The notes: generated by a model from the sequence alone, not told the origin. Shown: positions 10,299-20,511, numbered from the stretch's first letter. The stretch is 64,000 bases of DNA from an uncultured delta proteobacterium (GCA_963765675.1 CAVXXK010000006.1:256001-320000); one strand, 5' to 3'. Translations and numbers: made by a program.

Positions 10299-12459
10299 GT
10301 GAGTGACTCCACAGTATCGCAGATAATCGCGGACGCCTCGCGCGCGGGGCGCACCGCACTTTCGGAAATCGAAGCCAAGCGGTATAGTCGCCGCGCTCGG
10401 AATCAACGTCGCGATTCCGGTCGCCGCGGCCACCGCCGAGGAGGCCGCCGCGATCGCCGTGCGGCAGGGTTTTCCGGCCGTGCTCAAGGTGCTCTCGCCG
10501 GACGTGAGCCACAAGAGCGAGGTCGGTGGCGTCGAGTTGGGTTTGAATTCCGCCGACGAGGTGCGGGCAGCGTTTGCGCGGATCCAAAAGAATCTCGCCG
10601 CGAAGGCGCCCGGCGCGAAGTTCGAGGGCGTAGCGATCCAGCCGATGGCGGCCGCGGGAGGCGTCGAGCTGCTGGCCGGTATCGTCCGCGACGACCGCTA
10701 CGGTGCGACGATCATGGTCGGGCTAGGCGGAATCCTCGTAGAGGTCCTTAAAGACACCGCTATCAGGCTCGCTCCGGTCACCGAGCGCGAGGCGCGCGCG
10801 ATGCTCTCGGAATTGCGCAGCGCCGCCCTGCTCAAGGGAGTTCGCGGGCGGCCCGCGGCCGATATCGACGCAGTCGCCTCGATGCTGATTACACTGTCAG
10901 AGTTCGCGGCGGCGCATCCTGAAGTTCGCGAGATGGATCTGAATCCCGTCGTCGCGTACGAACATGGCGTGACCGTGCTCGACGCGCGCGTCCTGCTCGG
11001 CAAGCCGGCGCCAGCAGCGCTCGCCGATCCGCATCGCGCGGCGCGGCTCGAGAATCTCAAACGTGCGTTCAATCCGCGCTCGGTCGTCGTGATCGGCGAC
11101 AAGAAGGCCGGCGGCTACATGTGGCTGCGTGCGCTGGCGAACCTCAAAACCAAGCTTTATTCGGTTCAGATCGACCCGAACGAAATCGCGGGAATCGAAG
11201 CGATGGGGGTCGAGAATCACAAGAGCCTGGCCGAAATCAAGGAGCCGATCGACTACGCGGTAAGCGCCGTGCCGCGCCAGGTCGCGCCAAGAATCCTGCG
11301 CGATTGCGTCGCGAACAAGGTGGGTTCGATCGGATTTTTTACCTCGGGATTTTCCGAGACCAGCGAGGAGCTGGGAATCCGGCTCGAAGCCGAGCTGTGC
11401 GAAGTCGCGCTCGGCTCGGAAATCGCGCTGGTCGGCCCGAACTGCATGGGACTCGCGAATCCGTCGATCGGGATGCGCAATTACCCCGACGGCAAAGTGG
11501 GCGAGCCGGGCGACGTATGTTTCATCTCGCAGAGCGGCACACACACGATAAATTTTTGCGTGCAGGCGGCGGCGCACGGCGTCCGCGTCAACCTGGCGGC
11601 GTCTATCGGCAATGTGCTGGTCCTCGAGGCGGCTGACTATATCGACCTGATGGCCGCCGATCCGGCCACCAAGGTTATCGGGATGTATATCGAGGGCGTG
11701 CGCGACGGACGCCGCTTCTTCGAGAGCCTGCGCGCCGCGGCCGCGCGTCATCCTGTCGTGGTATGGAAGGGCGGCGCGACTGAGGCGGGTGCGCGCGCGA
11801 CGTTTTCGCATACCGGGTCGCTCGCGACGCCGCGGGCGCTGTGGAGTGCGCTGGTCCGGCAGGCGGGCGCGGTCGAAGTCGGCTCGCTCGACGCGATGCT
11901 CGACGCGGTCGAGCTGCTCTCGCGCGGGCGCAAGGTTGCGGGCCGTGCGATGGGACTGGTCGCGATGACGGGCGGGCAGTCGGTAGTAGTGACGGATACA
12001 TTCGCGGCAGCGGGGCTCGAGATTCCCGCGCTGTCGGATGCGTCGTACGACGAGCTGAAAACATTCTTCAACGTGATCGGCGGCAGTTACCGCAATCCGC
12101 TCGACGCGGGCGGAACGATCGGGTCGGGAGTGCATCCGGGCGGACTCGATCGAATCCTCGCGATTCTCGATCGCGATCCGGCGATTGATTCGATAGTGCT
12201 CGAGGTAGGAACTGGGTTCCGCGCGGCGAGGTGGGCAACGCATGAAGACGAAATCACGACGCTGCTCGACAAGCTCGGCGAGTTCGCGACGAAGTCGAAC
12301 AAGCCGTTCGCGCTGATACTGCATCCCGCGCATCTCGAGGCGCTCGTCGCGCGCGGCAAGGAACTCGCGCGCCAACGCGGCCTGGTAGTCTTCGACAGCT
12401 TCGAGCGCGCCGCGGCCGCCTTCGCCACCGCCTCAGCGTACTGGCAAGCGCATCGCTGA
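10299..12459 (+). CDS. ADP-forming acyl-CoA ligase family, ATP-grasp domain first; frameshifted near 10383
   Basis: LSEIEAK in one frame continues as GFPAVLKVLSPDVSHKSEVGGV. MDLNPV, GPNCMG, SQSG, SHTGSLA (phospho-His), RNPLD. Confidence 0.85.
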
Positions 12460-12510
12460 TCGCTAACCGACGCGTAATTCGTGTTCCACTGTTGCAGGCG
12501 TTTCGACGGC

Positions 12511-12603
12511 GGGCGCGTCGCGACGCGCCCCTACGAAATCGAGAATGCGTTCTCTGGATAGGAATCGAATTCGCTTTCGTAGGGGGCGGCTCGCGAGCCT
12601 CCC
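12511..12603. repeat. REPIN-like inverted doublet of GTAG-type REPs
   Basis: GGGCGCGTCGCGACGCGCCCCTACGAAA ... TTTCGTAGGGGGCGGCTCGCGAGCCTCCC, between convergent genes. Confidence 0.65.
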
Positions 12604-12714
12604 GTCTTTCGCGCTGTCTGCGCCACTATAGAGTGAATCGACTCGGCGGCCGAGCCGCGCGAATGCTCGCGCTCTGGCGAGGTTCCAGCCTCGACCGGAA
12701 TAGCCGGCGCCGCG

Positions 12715-14094
12715 CTACGCGGGCGGCACGACGACTGTAAGGGCGGCGTGAGTCGCGTCGCCGTCGACGATTGCGAGCCATTTCCCTTTCGGCGACCAAC
12801 TGATCTCGGCGACGCCGCGTGCCTGGCCGTATGCGATTTGAAACGCGTTCTGCGCGTGGGTCGTATAGGTGATGATCTTGCGCAGCGCGAGCGGACTCGC
12901 GGGCTGGAAAGTCTGGATCGCCGCGTGATCGATCGCCGTCGAATAGTCCATCGTGCTCGACGCGAGCATCGGCGCCACCGTATTGAATCCGAGCTGCTTG
13001 ATATTTATTTGCGGCTCGTCCGGGTCAAAGATCGCGAGCTCCGCCTCGACCGGGTTTAACGGATGGGTCTCGACCATCGTGAAAGTAAGTTTCTGATTGC
13101 CCAACGCCAGCACCGCGCCGCCCGCGGTGTATCCGGCCGCGCCGCTCGATACGGCGATGGTTTTGTCCTGCCCGTTTTTGATGAAGTGCTCGAACACTCC
13201 CGCACTATTGCTCGCTGGAATCGGCTGCACGTACAGAAACGAGCTTTCGTCCACCGGATTCCATCCGAGCACCCGCACCGGAGCATTCGCACGCAGGCGC
13301 GTGCACGTCGAATGGCGCCGATCGATTAGCGCGGGTGGGACGCCGTCGCCCCCTGCGCTGACCGCATAGATTCCGAGCGGACTCCAGCTGAGCGCGCCGA
13401 GTGTGCAGGGAAGCTTCATCGGTGCGACGGAAGCCGGGCCCGTCACCACCAGGATTTGCAGCCCCTCTGACGCCTTCGGCGTCGGCAGCGGCGGCAATCC
13501 GGCGTCGTCAGGATTGGGAGGCGGAGGAGCGGGCTGGTTGGCGCCAGGCCGCAGCACGATCGCGATCGAATCGCTGTTGAGCCAACTGAGGCTCGCGAGA
13601 TCGTAAACTCCGTCGAAGCTGGCGACTGGATGGCCGGGTCCGCTCGCAATCAGATCGCGAATCACTATATCGAGGCGGTTCTGTCCGGCCACGGCGACCG
13701 CAAAAGCCAGCGACATTCCATTCGGGCTTGGCGCGAAATCCATCAGCCGGCCCGGCTCAGCCGAACCTTCGCCAGTCTCGGCGCCCAGCACGCGCGAAGT
13801 CTTCCAGTCAGGACCGCCGAATCCGAGAATCATGACGTTGCCGTTCAACGTACCGACAGTGGCAATCTCGTTGCCGTTCTCAAGCCATATCGGCGGATAT
13901 CCCGCCATCGGCGCAAATCCTTGCGGCAGATCAACCTTGGCCACCACGTGGATGCCGGGGGTGATGTCGAGGGTTGCCGTGGTATCCGTCTGGGGGACCA
14001 GTTGTTTCTTGGGCGCCTCCTTGGTGAAGAGCGAGCATCCGCTCGCGGACAGGAGCGCGGTGCAGATCAGGAGGATTAGGAAGGACCTGTTCAT
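12715..14094 (-). CDS. Lipoprotein with TolB/PD40-like beta-propeller motifs
   Basis: Lipobox in MNRSFLILLICTALLSASG-C. Repeated FAPSPNG, LSWSPLG, ISWSPKGKWLA motifs and a Pro-rich insert. Confidence 0.7.
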   Translation of the reverse strand: MNRSFLILLICTALLSASGCSLFTKEAPKKQLVPQTDTTATLDITPGIHVVAKVDLPQGFAPMAGYPPIWLENGNEIATVGTLNGNVMILGFGGPDWKTSRVLGAETGEGSAEPGRLMDFAPSPNGMSLAFAVAVAGQNRLDIVIRDLIASGPGHPVASFDGVYDLASLSWLNSDSIAIVLRPGANQPAPPPPNPDDAGLPPLPTPKASEGLQILVVTGPASVAPMKLPCTLGALSWSPLGIYAVSAGGDGVPPALIDRRHSTCTRLRANAPVRVLGWNPVDESSFLYVQPIPASNSAGVFEHFIKNGQDKTIAVSSGAAGYTAGGAVLALGNQKLTFTMVETHPLNPVEAELAIFDPDEPQINIKQLGFNTVAPMLASSTMDYSTAIDHAAIQTFQPASPLALRKIITYTTHAQNAFQIAYGQARGVAEISWSPKGKWLAIVDGDATHAALTVVVPPA

Positions 14095-14148
14095 TGAAAA
14101 ACGGTAGTCTAGATTGCGCGGTGCCAAAAGGCGACCGTATAGGCACTC

Positions 14149-15972
14149 ATGAAAAAATCTTTCCTGAAAAACTTGTGGATAAGCCGCGAGCTCCGGATCG
14201 CAGTCGTGGTCGCAATCCTGTGCGTTGCCGGAGCCTTCGCATGCGCGGTCGGCGACTGGAAAATCGGCGTGACGTTGATCGTTGCGGCGGGCGCGGTCGT
14301 GGTGGCGTTCTGGTTGATTGTCGTGCGGCCGGCAAAGCTGCCGCGCGACGCGGTCGTGATCCTCGAGCTCGGCGGCGCGATTCGCGAAGACTCGCGCCGC
14401 TCGCTGCGTCAGCAACTTATCGGCGGCGGCGCGCTGAGCCTGCGTCATCTGCGCTATGGGCTCGAAGCGCTCGCAACCGATACGTCGGTGCGCGCGGTTA
14501 TCGTTCATATAACGGCAACCGAAACCGGACTAGCCACCGCGCACGAACTGCATCGCCTGATTCGGGCGGTCAGCAAAAGCGGCAAGCGGGTCGTTGCGCT
14601 TCTGACCGGAGACTCGCCCTCGGTCCGCGACTACCTGATCGCGGCGGGCGCGAACGAGATCGTCGCGAATCCGGACGTGATGCTCACGATGCTGGGCGTG
14701 GCGATGGGCAATCCTTTCGTGAAGGGCGCGCTCGACAAGGCGGGGGTGCGCGCGCAAACGTTGCAATGGAAGGAGTACAAGGGCGCGGGCGAGATGTTCA
14801 CGCGCGATGCGATGTCGCCCGAGGTGCGCGAAAGCCTGGACGCGATTATCGGCGACTGGATGCAAATCATCGCGAGCGCGATTTCGGACTCGCGCCGAAT
14901 TCCGATCGATCGCGCGCGCGAGCTGGTGAGCTCTGGATTTATCGGAATGAAAGCGGCGCGCGCGGTGGGGCTGGTCGATGGTGACGGCTATATCGAAGAT
15001 CTGCGCGCGGGTTTCGATCCCGACGGCAAGCAAAAATGCTTCGTCAAATTCTCGCGCTATCTGCGCCATGCCACCTATGTGCGCGAGCGCGGTAGTCGGC
15101 CGCAAATCGCGCTTATCGTCGGTGCGGGCCCCGTGATTTCCGGACAAGCGCGGCCGGGCGGCGAGTACATCTCGGGTGAAACGACCTCGGAGCTGTTCGA
15201 GAAAGCCTCGCGCGAGGAATCGGTGCGCGCGATCGTGTTCCGCGTCAACTCTCCCGGCGGATCCGCGGTCGGCTCCGACATGGTGTGGCGCGCGGTGCGC
15301 GAGGCGCAGGGGCGCGGCAAGCCTGTGATCGTGTCGATGGGCGATGTGGCAGGGTCGGGCGGCTACTACGTTGCGATGGGGGCGGACGCGATCGTGGCAG
15401 AGCCGGCGGCGATTACCGGCTCGATCGGAGTGGTGTTTGCGAAATTCGATCTGTCGGCGATGCTCGCGCGACTCGGCGTCCGGTTCGATTATGCCAAGAG
15501 CGACGCGCGCAGCGACGCGATGTCGTTTGCGCGTCCGATGAGCGACGACGAGCTTGGGCAGATCAACACGGCGATCGGAGAAGTGTACGGCAACTTCACC
15601 GGCAAAGTGGCCGAGGGCCGCCGCCTGGACGCCGAACAGGCCGAGACGCTGGCCAAGGGTCGCGTGTGGAGCGGAGTCGCCGCCAAGGAGCGCGGTCTGG
15701 TTGATGAACTGGGTGGGATGGCGCGAGCGATCGAGATCGCGCGCGAGCGCGCGCATATCCCGAAGGATCAGGCGCATCAGGTCGTCAAGTACGCGCCCAG
15801 CGAAGGGTTCTTGTCGCTCTGGGGGTACTTCATGCCGGCCGCGGCATCCTCGTGGAGCATCGATCTAATCGCAAACGCCGTCGGAGTTCCGGCCAGATGG
15901 GCTCCCGCGATGGCGACGCTCCTAATCCGCGGCGGCGCGCTTTTGATCTGCCCATGGCTCGAGCGACTGTGA
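14149..15972 (+). CDS. sppA: Signal peptide peptidase SppA (long form, S49)
   Basis: EYKGAGE, RVNSPGGSAVGS, VSMGDVAGSGGYY, TGSIGV, GRVWSG, GLVDELGG. N-terminal TM segments. Confidence 0.92.
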   Translation: MKKSFLKNLWISRELRIAVVVAILCVAGAFACAVGDWKIGVTLIVAAGAVVVAFWLIVVRPAKLPRDAVVILELGGAIREDSRRSLRQQLIGGGALSLRHLRYGLEALATDTSVRAVIVHITATETGLATAHELHRLIRAVSKSGKRVVALLTGDSPSVRDYLIAAGANEIVANPDVMLTMLGVAMGNPFVKGALDKAGVRAQTLQWKEYKGAGEMFTRDAMSPEVRESLDAIIGDWMQIIASAISDSRRIPIDRARELVSSGFIGMKAARAVGLVDGDGYIEDLRAGFDPDGKQKCFVKFSRYLRHATYVRERGSRPQIALIVGAGPVISGQARPGGEYISGETTSELFEKASREESVRAIVFRVNSPGGSAVGSDMVWRAVREAQGRGKPVIVSMGDVAGSGGYYVAMGADAIVAEPAAITGSIGVVFAKFDLSAMLARLGVRFDYAKSDARSDAMSFARPMSDDELGQINTAIGEVYGNFTGKVAEGRRLDAEQAETLAKGRVWSGVAAKERGLVDELGGMARAIEIARERAHIPKDQAHQVVKYAPSEGFLSLWGYFMPAAASSWSIDLIANAVGVPARWAPAMATLLIRGGALLICPWLERL

Positions 15973-16023
15973 TCTCTCGCCGAAGCAACGGATCAGACAG
16001 CAGGTAAGGCCGCCCTGCTGCGA

Positions 16024-16887
16024 TTAGTTGACCGTCGCTGATGCGGTGGCTTCTTCCTGCAGCATGGCGGCGTGACGGCGCTCGGCTTCGGGCCGGGTTT
16101 CGGCGAGCGTGCGGAGCATCGCGGCGTGAATCTTCCCGTTCGACGCCACAATGTTCGCGCCGCTGATATCGAGCGTCGAGCCGTCCATGTTCGCTACGCT
16201 GCCGCCCGCTTCCTCGATCAAGAGCGCGCCCGCGGCAACGTCCCAGGCCTTGAGGCCGAACTCCCAAAAGCCGTCCGTGCGTCCGCTTGCGACGTTGGCC
16301 AGATCGAGCGCGGCCGCGCCCGTGCGCCGCACGCCGTGCGAACACATCATGAATGCTTCCCAGAACGCGAGGTAGAAACGGCGGCGCTCGCGGCGGTCGT
16401 ACGGAAAGCCGGTCGCGAGCAGCGCAGAGCCGATGACGGGAGTCGCACTCACCTTGATTGGTTTGCCGTTTAGTTTCGCGCCGCGTCCGCGCTGCGCGGT
16501 GAAACATTCCTTGTGCAGCGCGTCGTAGATGACGCCGAAGCGGGTCTCTCCGCGGCGTTGGTATGCTATCGACACGCAGAACTGCGGGAACGCGTGCGCA
16601 AAGTTGGTGGTGCCGTCGAGCGGATCGATGATCCATCGATGGTCGCTCTGATGCGCGCTGGCGCCACTTTCCTCGGCCAGGATCGCGTGAGTAGGAAATG
16701 CGCGGTGGATCAGCTCGATCACCGCCGTTTCGGATTCACGGTCGGCTTCGGTGACGAGGTCGATCGAGTTGGATTTGCGGTCGATCGTGATGCGCGAAAG
16801 GCGCTTTAGATGAATCTTTCCGGCGGCGCGCGCCGCGCGTATCGCGACTTGCTCGATTTCGGTTGGCACGGACTGAAGATAGTTCAC
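16024..16887 (-). CDS. suhB: Inositol monophosphatase family protein
   Basis: DLVTEAD, WIIDPLDGTTNFAH, GFPY, RRTGAAALDL, WDVAAG. Confidence 0.9.
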   Translation of the reverse strand: MNYLQSVPTEIEQVAIRAARAAGKIHLKRLSRITIDRKSNSIDLVTEADRESETAVIELIHRAFPTHAILAEESGASAHQSDHRWIIDPLDGTTNFAHAFPQFCVSIAYQRRGETRFGVIYDALHKECFTAQRGRGAKLNGKPIKVSATPVIGSALLATGFPYDRRERRRFYLAFWEAFMMCSHGVRRTGAAALDLANVASGRTDGFWEFGLKAWDVAAGALLIEEAGGSVANMDGSTLDISGANIVASNGKIHAAMLRTLAETRPEAERRHAAMLQEEATASATVN

Positions 16888-16948
16888 CGCGCGCGAACAT
16901 CAAAACGCGCGTCGCTGATCAATCGACAGAGACATTTTTATGATGCGC

Positions 16949-18322
16949 TTATGATGCGGCCGCGTTCGATTCGGTCTGCGCGGTCATCAGGTGTTGCGCG
17001 TACGGCATGATGGTCGCGAACAGATCGACCTGGGAATCGAGCGTCTTTCCCAGCCCTGACAGCAATCCCATCACGCGGTTCACCAGCAGCACGTCGCCGG
17101 GAACCTCGACGATCGGATTGGCGCGTAGCGCGCGCGGTAGCTCGTCGTTGAATTTCTCGATCAGCTCCTTGTCCGCGTATGCCTTATTACGCGTGACCGT
17201 CTGTCCGAGAAACAGATCAGCGACCGTCAGGAGCGTATCGGGCGAACCGTCGCGGGTACGAAAGCCGAGTTCTGTAAACGCGCGGATCGTCGCCGCGCGA
17301 TCCGAGGTGAGAATCGCGAAGGTCAGGCGGACCATCCCGTCGCGGAACACAGGCGGAAAATCCTTGGCGAGTCCGAAATCGAGATACACCAGGCGCGGAC
17401 CGGGCTGGACCAGGATATTTCCCGGATGCGGGTCGGCGTGGAAAAATCCGTCGCGCAGGATCATCGCGCAGAACTGATCCATCAGCTTCTGCGCAACCGC
17501 GCGCTTGTCGATTCCCGCGCGCTCGAGCGCGGCGACGTCGGTGATCTTGATCCCCTCGATCAGCTCCATCGTCAGCACGCGGCGCGCGCTGAACTCGCGA
17601 TAGATCTCGGGCACGCCGACGGCGGGATCGCCGGCAAAGTTGCGCCGGATCGTGTCGGCGTTGTCGGCCTCGTGCACGAAGTCGAGCTCCATCGGAATGT
17701 ACTTGAGGCCCTCGCGCGCGACCACGCGCAGATCGAAATCGCGCTCGAGCCACGCGAGCCATTTGAGGACCAGCAGCAAGTTGCGCAGATCGGCGCGGAC
17801 GATTCCCTCGATTCCGGGATACTGCACCTTGACCGCGCATCGACGTCCGTCGTGCAGGCGCGCGGCATGCACCTGCGCAAGCGAGGCCGACGCGATCGGC
17901 ACCGGATCGAACTCGGCATACGCGGATTCGAGCGGGCGGCCGAGCTCGCGCTCGATCTGCTCGCGGATCATCGGAAATGGACGCGGCGGCACGTGATCAT
18001 GCAGCCCGGCCAGAGTCGAAACCCATTCGTCAGGCAGGACATCGGCGCGAGTGGCGATAAATTGCGAGGCCTTGATCAGCAGCCCCTCGAGCCGAATCGC
18101 GGTTGCGTACATCGCACGTGCGGCGCGCAAATCCTGGCGGCGATAGAGCGCGGCCTTGTTGCGCGCCGAAACGAATCGGGTCCAGAGCTGCACCGATTTG
18201 TAGCCGACGTAAACCCGGGCCGCGAGCGAGACGACGTTTAGGAAGCGCCAGGCCCGCGTCGCGAGGCCGGGCGCGGGCAGGTTTGGCGGAAATTCGATCC
18301 GGTCGATGCTGCTGGAGGTCAT
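16949..18322 (-). CDS. AarF/UbiB (ABC1) atypical kinase
   Basis: IASASLAQVH, AVKVQYP, ELDF, FFHADPHPGN, LDFG. Confidence 0.92.
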   Translation of the reverse strand: MTSSSIDRIEFPPNLPAPGLATRAWRFLNVVSLAARVYVGYKSVQLWTRFVSARNKAALYRRQDLRAARAMYATAIRLEGLLIKASQFIATRADVLPDEWVSTLAGLHDHVPPRPFPMIREQIERELGRPLESAYAEFDPVPIASASLAQVHAARLHDGRRCAVKVQYPGIEGIVRADLRNLLLVLKWLAWLERDFDLRVVAREGLKYIPMELDFVHEADNADTIRRNFAGDPAVGVPEIYREFSARRVLTMELIEGIKITDVAALERAGIDKRAVAQKLMDQFCAMILRDGFFHADPHPGNILVQPGPRLVYLDFGLAKDFPPVFRDGMVRLTFAILTSDRAATIRAFTELGFRTRDGSPDTLLTVADLFLGQTVTRNKAYADKELIEKFNDELPRALRANPIVEVPGDVLLVNRVMGLLSGLGKTLDSQVDLFATIMPYAQHLMTAQTESNAAAS

Positions 18323-18417
18323 GAATTGAGCGGATGCGGACGCGGTAACCGTTACTACTTTAGATGAAGAACCGCGGTCATAGAACCATTTGATACGGCA
18401 ATGAAATCGGCGTCGGA

Positions 18418-18446
18418 TTGACCGCGGTCGAACCACGCGATAGTAT
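18418..18446 (+). promoter_or_regulatory. sigma70 promoter upstream of the MFS leader
   Basis: TTGACC, 17-nt spacer, TAGTAT. Predicted start site ~18453-18454. Confidence 0.65.
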
Positions 18447-18453
18447 GCGCCTC

Positions 18454-18580
18454 ATGAAGCCAAGTAACGCAGTTCGCCTGGTCCCCAATTCAGGTCGTGT
18501 CCTCATGAATTGAGACGGACTCCGATACCTGGCTTTGAAAAGCCCTGCTGGTTTCGGAACCGGCGGGGCTTTTGTTTTTT
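18454..18580 (+). promoter_or_regulatory. Candidate attenuator, riboswitch or sRNA leader ending in an intrinsic terminator
   Basis: 19-codon ORF 18454..18513 inside a long imperfect hairpin. Then AAAGCCCTGCTGGTT-TCGG-AACCGGCGGGGCTTT followed by TGTTTTTT. Confidence 0.55.
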
Positions 18581-18616
18581 GGCCTTTTTTCGTTGGAATC
18601 GTTTGGGAGGGGAGCG

Positions 18617-19867
18617 TTGCCAAGTCTCGACGCGAACGGCGCGGTACGCGGAATTACGCGACGCTACTACGCGGTATGGCTTATCTACTCGCTGGCGGGT
18701 GGGTTCCTGTTCGGCGTGTACCCGATCTTCCTGCACTCGCGCGGACTCAACCAGTTCGAGATCAACAGCGTGCTGGCGGCGTACTTCGTCGTGCTGTTTT
18801 TGACCGATGTGCCGACGGGCGCATTTGCCGACGCTCTGGGTCGGCGCCGATCATTCGTGCTCGGCACCGCGCTGCGCGCGTGCGCATTCGTGGTGTATTT
18901 CTTCGCGCGGCACTACTGGGTCTTCGTGATTGCCGAGAGTATCGACGGGATCGGCACCACCTTCGGCAACGGCGCGATCGATGCGTGGGGTGTCGATGCG
19001 CTCGACATGGCGGGATACGAAGGGCTGAAGGACCGCCTATTTTCGCGCATCATGCAGCTCACCACGATCGGCTTCATGGTTTCGGCGATTTTCGGCTCGT
19101 ATATCGCCGACATCAATATCGCGTGGCCATGGCTCTGCGGCGCGGCCGGCTACGTGATCAGCGCAGTGATCGGATATTCGCTGATGACGGGCGAGAAACC
19201 GAATTCCGAGGGCGTCCATCTGCTCGCGATTCCCGGGATGATCGTGCGCCGGGTTATCAGCGGGTTCGGCGCGGGCTTCGACAGCAAGGTGGTCCTGATG
19301 CTGAGCGCGGCGGGCGCGATCCAGGTCGCCGCGTGGTCGCCGTACTGGCTCGAATGGCCGCTACTCATGAACCAGAGCTACGGTGTCGGCATCTGGATTA
19401 TCGGATGGATCTACTGTGCGCTGTCGGCGGCGCGGATGCTCGGCGCGGAGATCGTTTCGCGCACGCGGCCCGATCAATCAGCGCGGGCGGGGCGAATCGC
19501 GGCGTTGGTCGGCGCGGCGAGCGTCTTGCTCGCGGTAGCTGGGATGCTCCAGAGTCGGCCGAATATCGTGCTGATGATCCTGTTCGTGATGAACATCTTC
19601 TCTGGCGCGACGCAGCCACTGCTGCAGAGCTGGTTCAACGAGCAGATTGAATCGGAGCAGAGGGCAACGCTGCTATCGTTCAACAGCACCTTTGCGACCA
19701 TGGGCGGCTCGGTCGGCTTGATCGTCAACGGATTTATCGCCGACCGCGCCGGCCTGCCGGTAGCATGGCAATTTGCCGGATTGCTGTCGCTGATGGCGAT
19801 ACCGTGCTACCTCGCGCTGCGCACGGGCGGCGGCGCGATCGAGATCGAGGTGCCGGCCGCGAAGTAA
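18617..19867 (+). CDS. MFS transporter
   Basis: About 12 hydrophobic segments and MFS motif A DVPTGAFADALGRRRS. TTG start after a GGAGGGG RBS. Confidence 0.92.
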   Translation: MPSLDANGAVRGITRRYYAVWLIYSLAGGFLFGVYPIFLHSRGLNQFEINSVLAAYFVVLFLTDVPTGAFADALGRRRSFVLGTALRACAFVVYFFARHYWVFVIAESIDGIGTTFGNGAIDAWGVDALDMAGYEGLKDRLFSRIMQLTTIGFMVSAIFGSYIADINIAWPWLCGAAGYVISAVIGYSLMTGEKPNSEGVHLLAIPGMIVRRVISGFGAGFDSKVVLMLSAAGAIQVAAWSPYWLEWPLLMNQSYGVGIWIIGWIYCALSAARMLGAEIVSRTRPDQSARAGRIAALVGAASVLLAVAGMLQSRPNIVLMILFVMNIFSGATQPLLQSWFNEQIESEQRATLLSFNSTFATMGGSVGLIVNGFIADRAGLPVAWQFAGLLSLMAIPCYLALRTGGGAIEIEVPAAK

Positions 19868-19932
19868 GGGGAGCGGATGCAGTTCCGCCCGCGGCGTGAT
19901 TAGCGCGCGGGCGGAGGTGGCGGGTTCGGTGG

Positions 19933-20154
19933 TTAGCGACGCGGCGCTTTCCGGATCGTCTTCAGGATGAAAATAAAATCCTGCTTGGACAAAATCGATC
20001 CGAGCATCGCGAGATGGGACAGAGCTTCCATCTCCTGGTCGGTGATCTTGTGACGCGCGCGCAGTCCCTGGTCGGACTGAAATGACTGCCAGACCTCGCG
20101 CCGGAAGGTGGTGTCGCCAGTGGTTTTCGTCGGTGCGTGATTTTGCGTTGCCAT
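19933..20154 (-). CDS. Small hypothetical protein (73 aa)
   Basis: ATG with AGGGG RBS, genome-like codon usage and its own promoter. Confidence 0.65.
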   Translation of the reverse strand: MATQNHAPTKTTGDTTFRREVWQSFQSDQGLRARHKITDQEMEALSHLAMLGSILSKQDFIFILKTIRKAPRR

Positions 20155-20176
20155 TTTTCCCCTGCGTATCGAGATT

Positions 20177-20205
20177 GTTATACTCGATGCAGTTAATTCA
20201 TGCAA
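20177..20205 (-). promoter_or_regulatory. sigma70 promoter of the 73-aa gene
   Basis: Minus strand TTGCAT, 17-nt spacer, TATAAC. Confidence 0.6.
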
Positions 20206-20511
20206 ACAGTTTGAGTGCTTTGTCATAACAAAACGTGTCATGCCTGAGCGTGCGCGGTTCAAGCCCGAAGCCGGGGCGGAATTCCGGCGAAAACAGGGTG
20301 CGGAGCCGAGCCGTCAGGCCACTTCCGGCAAAGTCGAATGCGGGCTTCATAGCCATGACAGACGAGCCGGGGTCGCGAACTATTCAGCCTGATTTTCCGG
20401 GGTTTATTTCTGTGGCGGCGATGCCACTAGCGGCGCGCCGGGGGGTCCGTTAAAACTATATTCTCACGTGGCGCACGACTAGCGCCCCCGAAGAGGATAA
20501 GTCGAAGTCAG

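Noticed and set aside
16024-16887. IMPase as the missing histidinol-phosphate phosphatase (HisN)
   Set aside because: Its motifs (DLVTEAD, GFPY, RR.GAAALDL) fit SuhB, and it is not linked to the his genes.
20255-20350. Possible cobalamin-riboswitch-like segment (GAAGCCGGGGCGGAATTCCGGCG) upstream of alaC
   Set aside because: No GGGAA core or B12-box could be traced, and the downstream gene is not B12-related.
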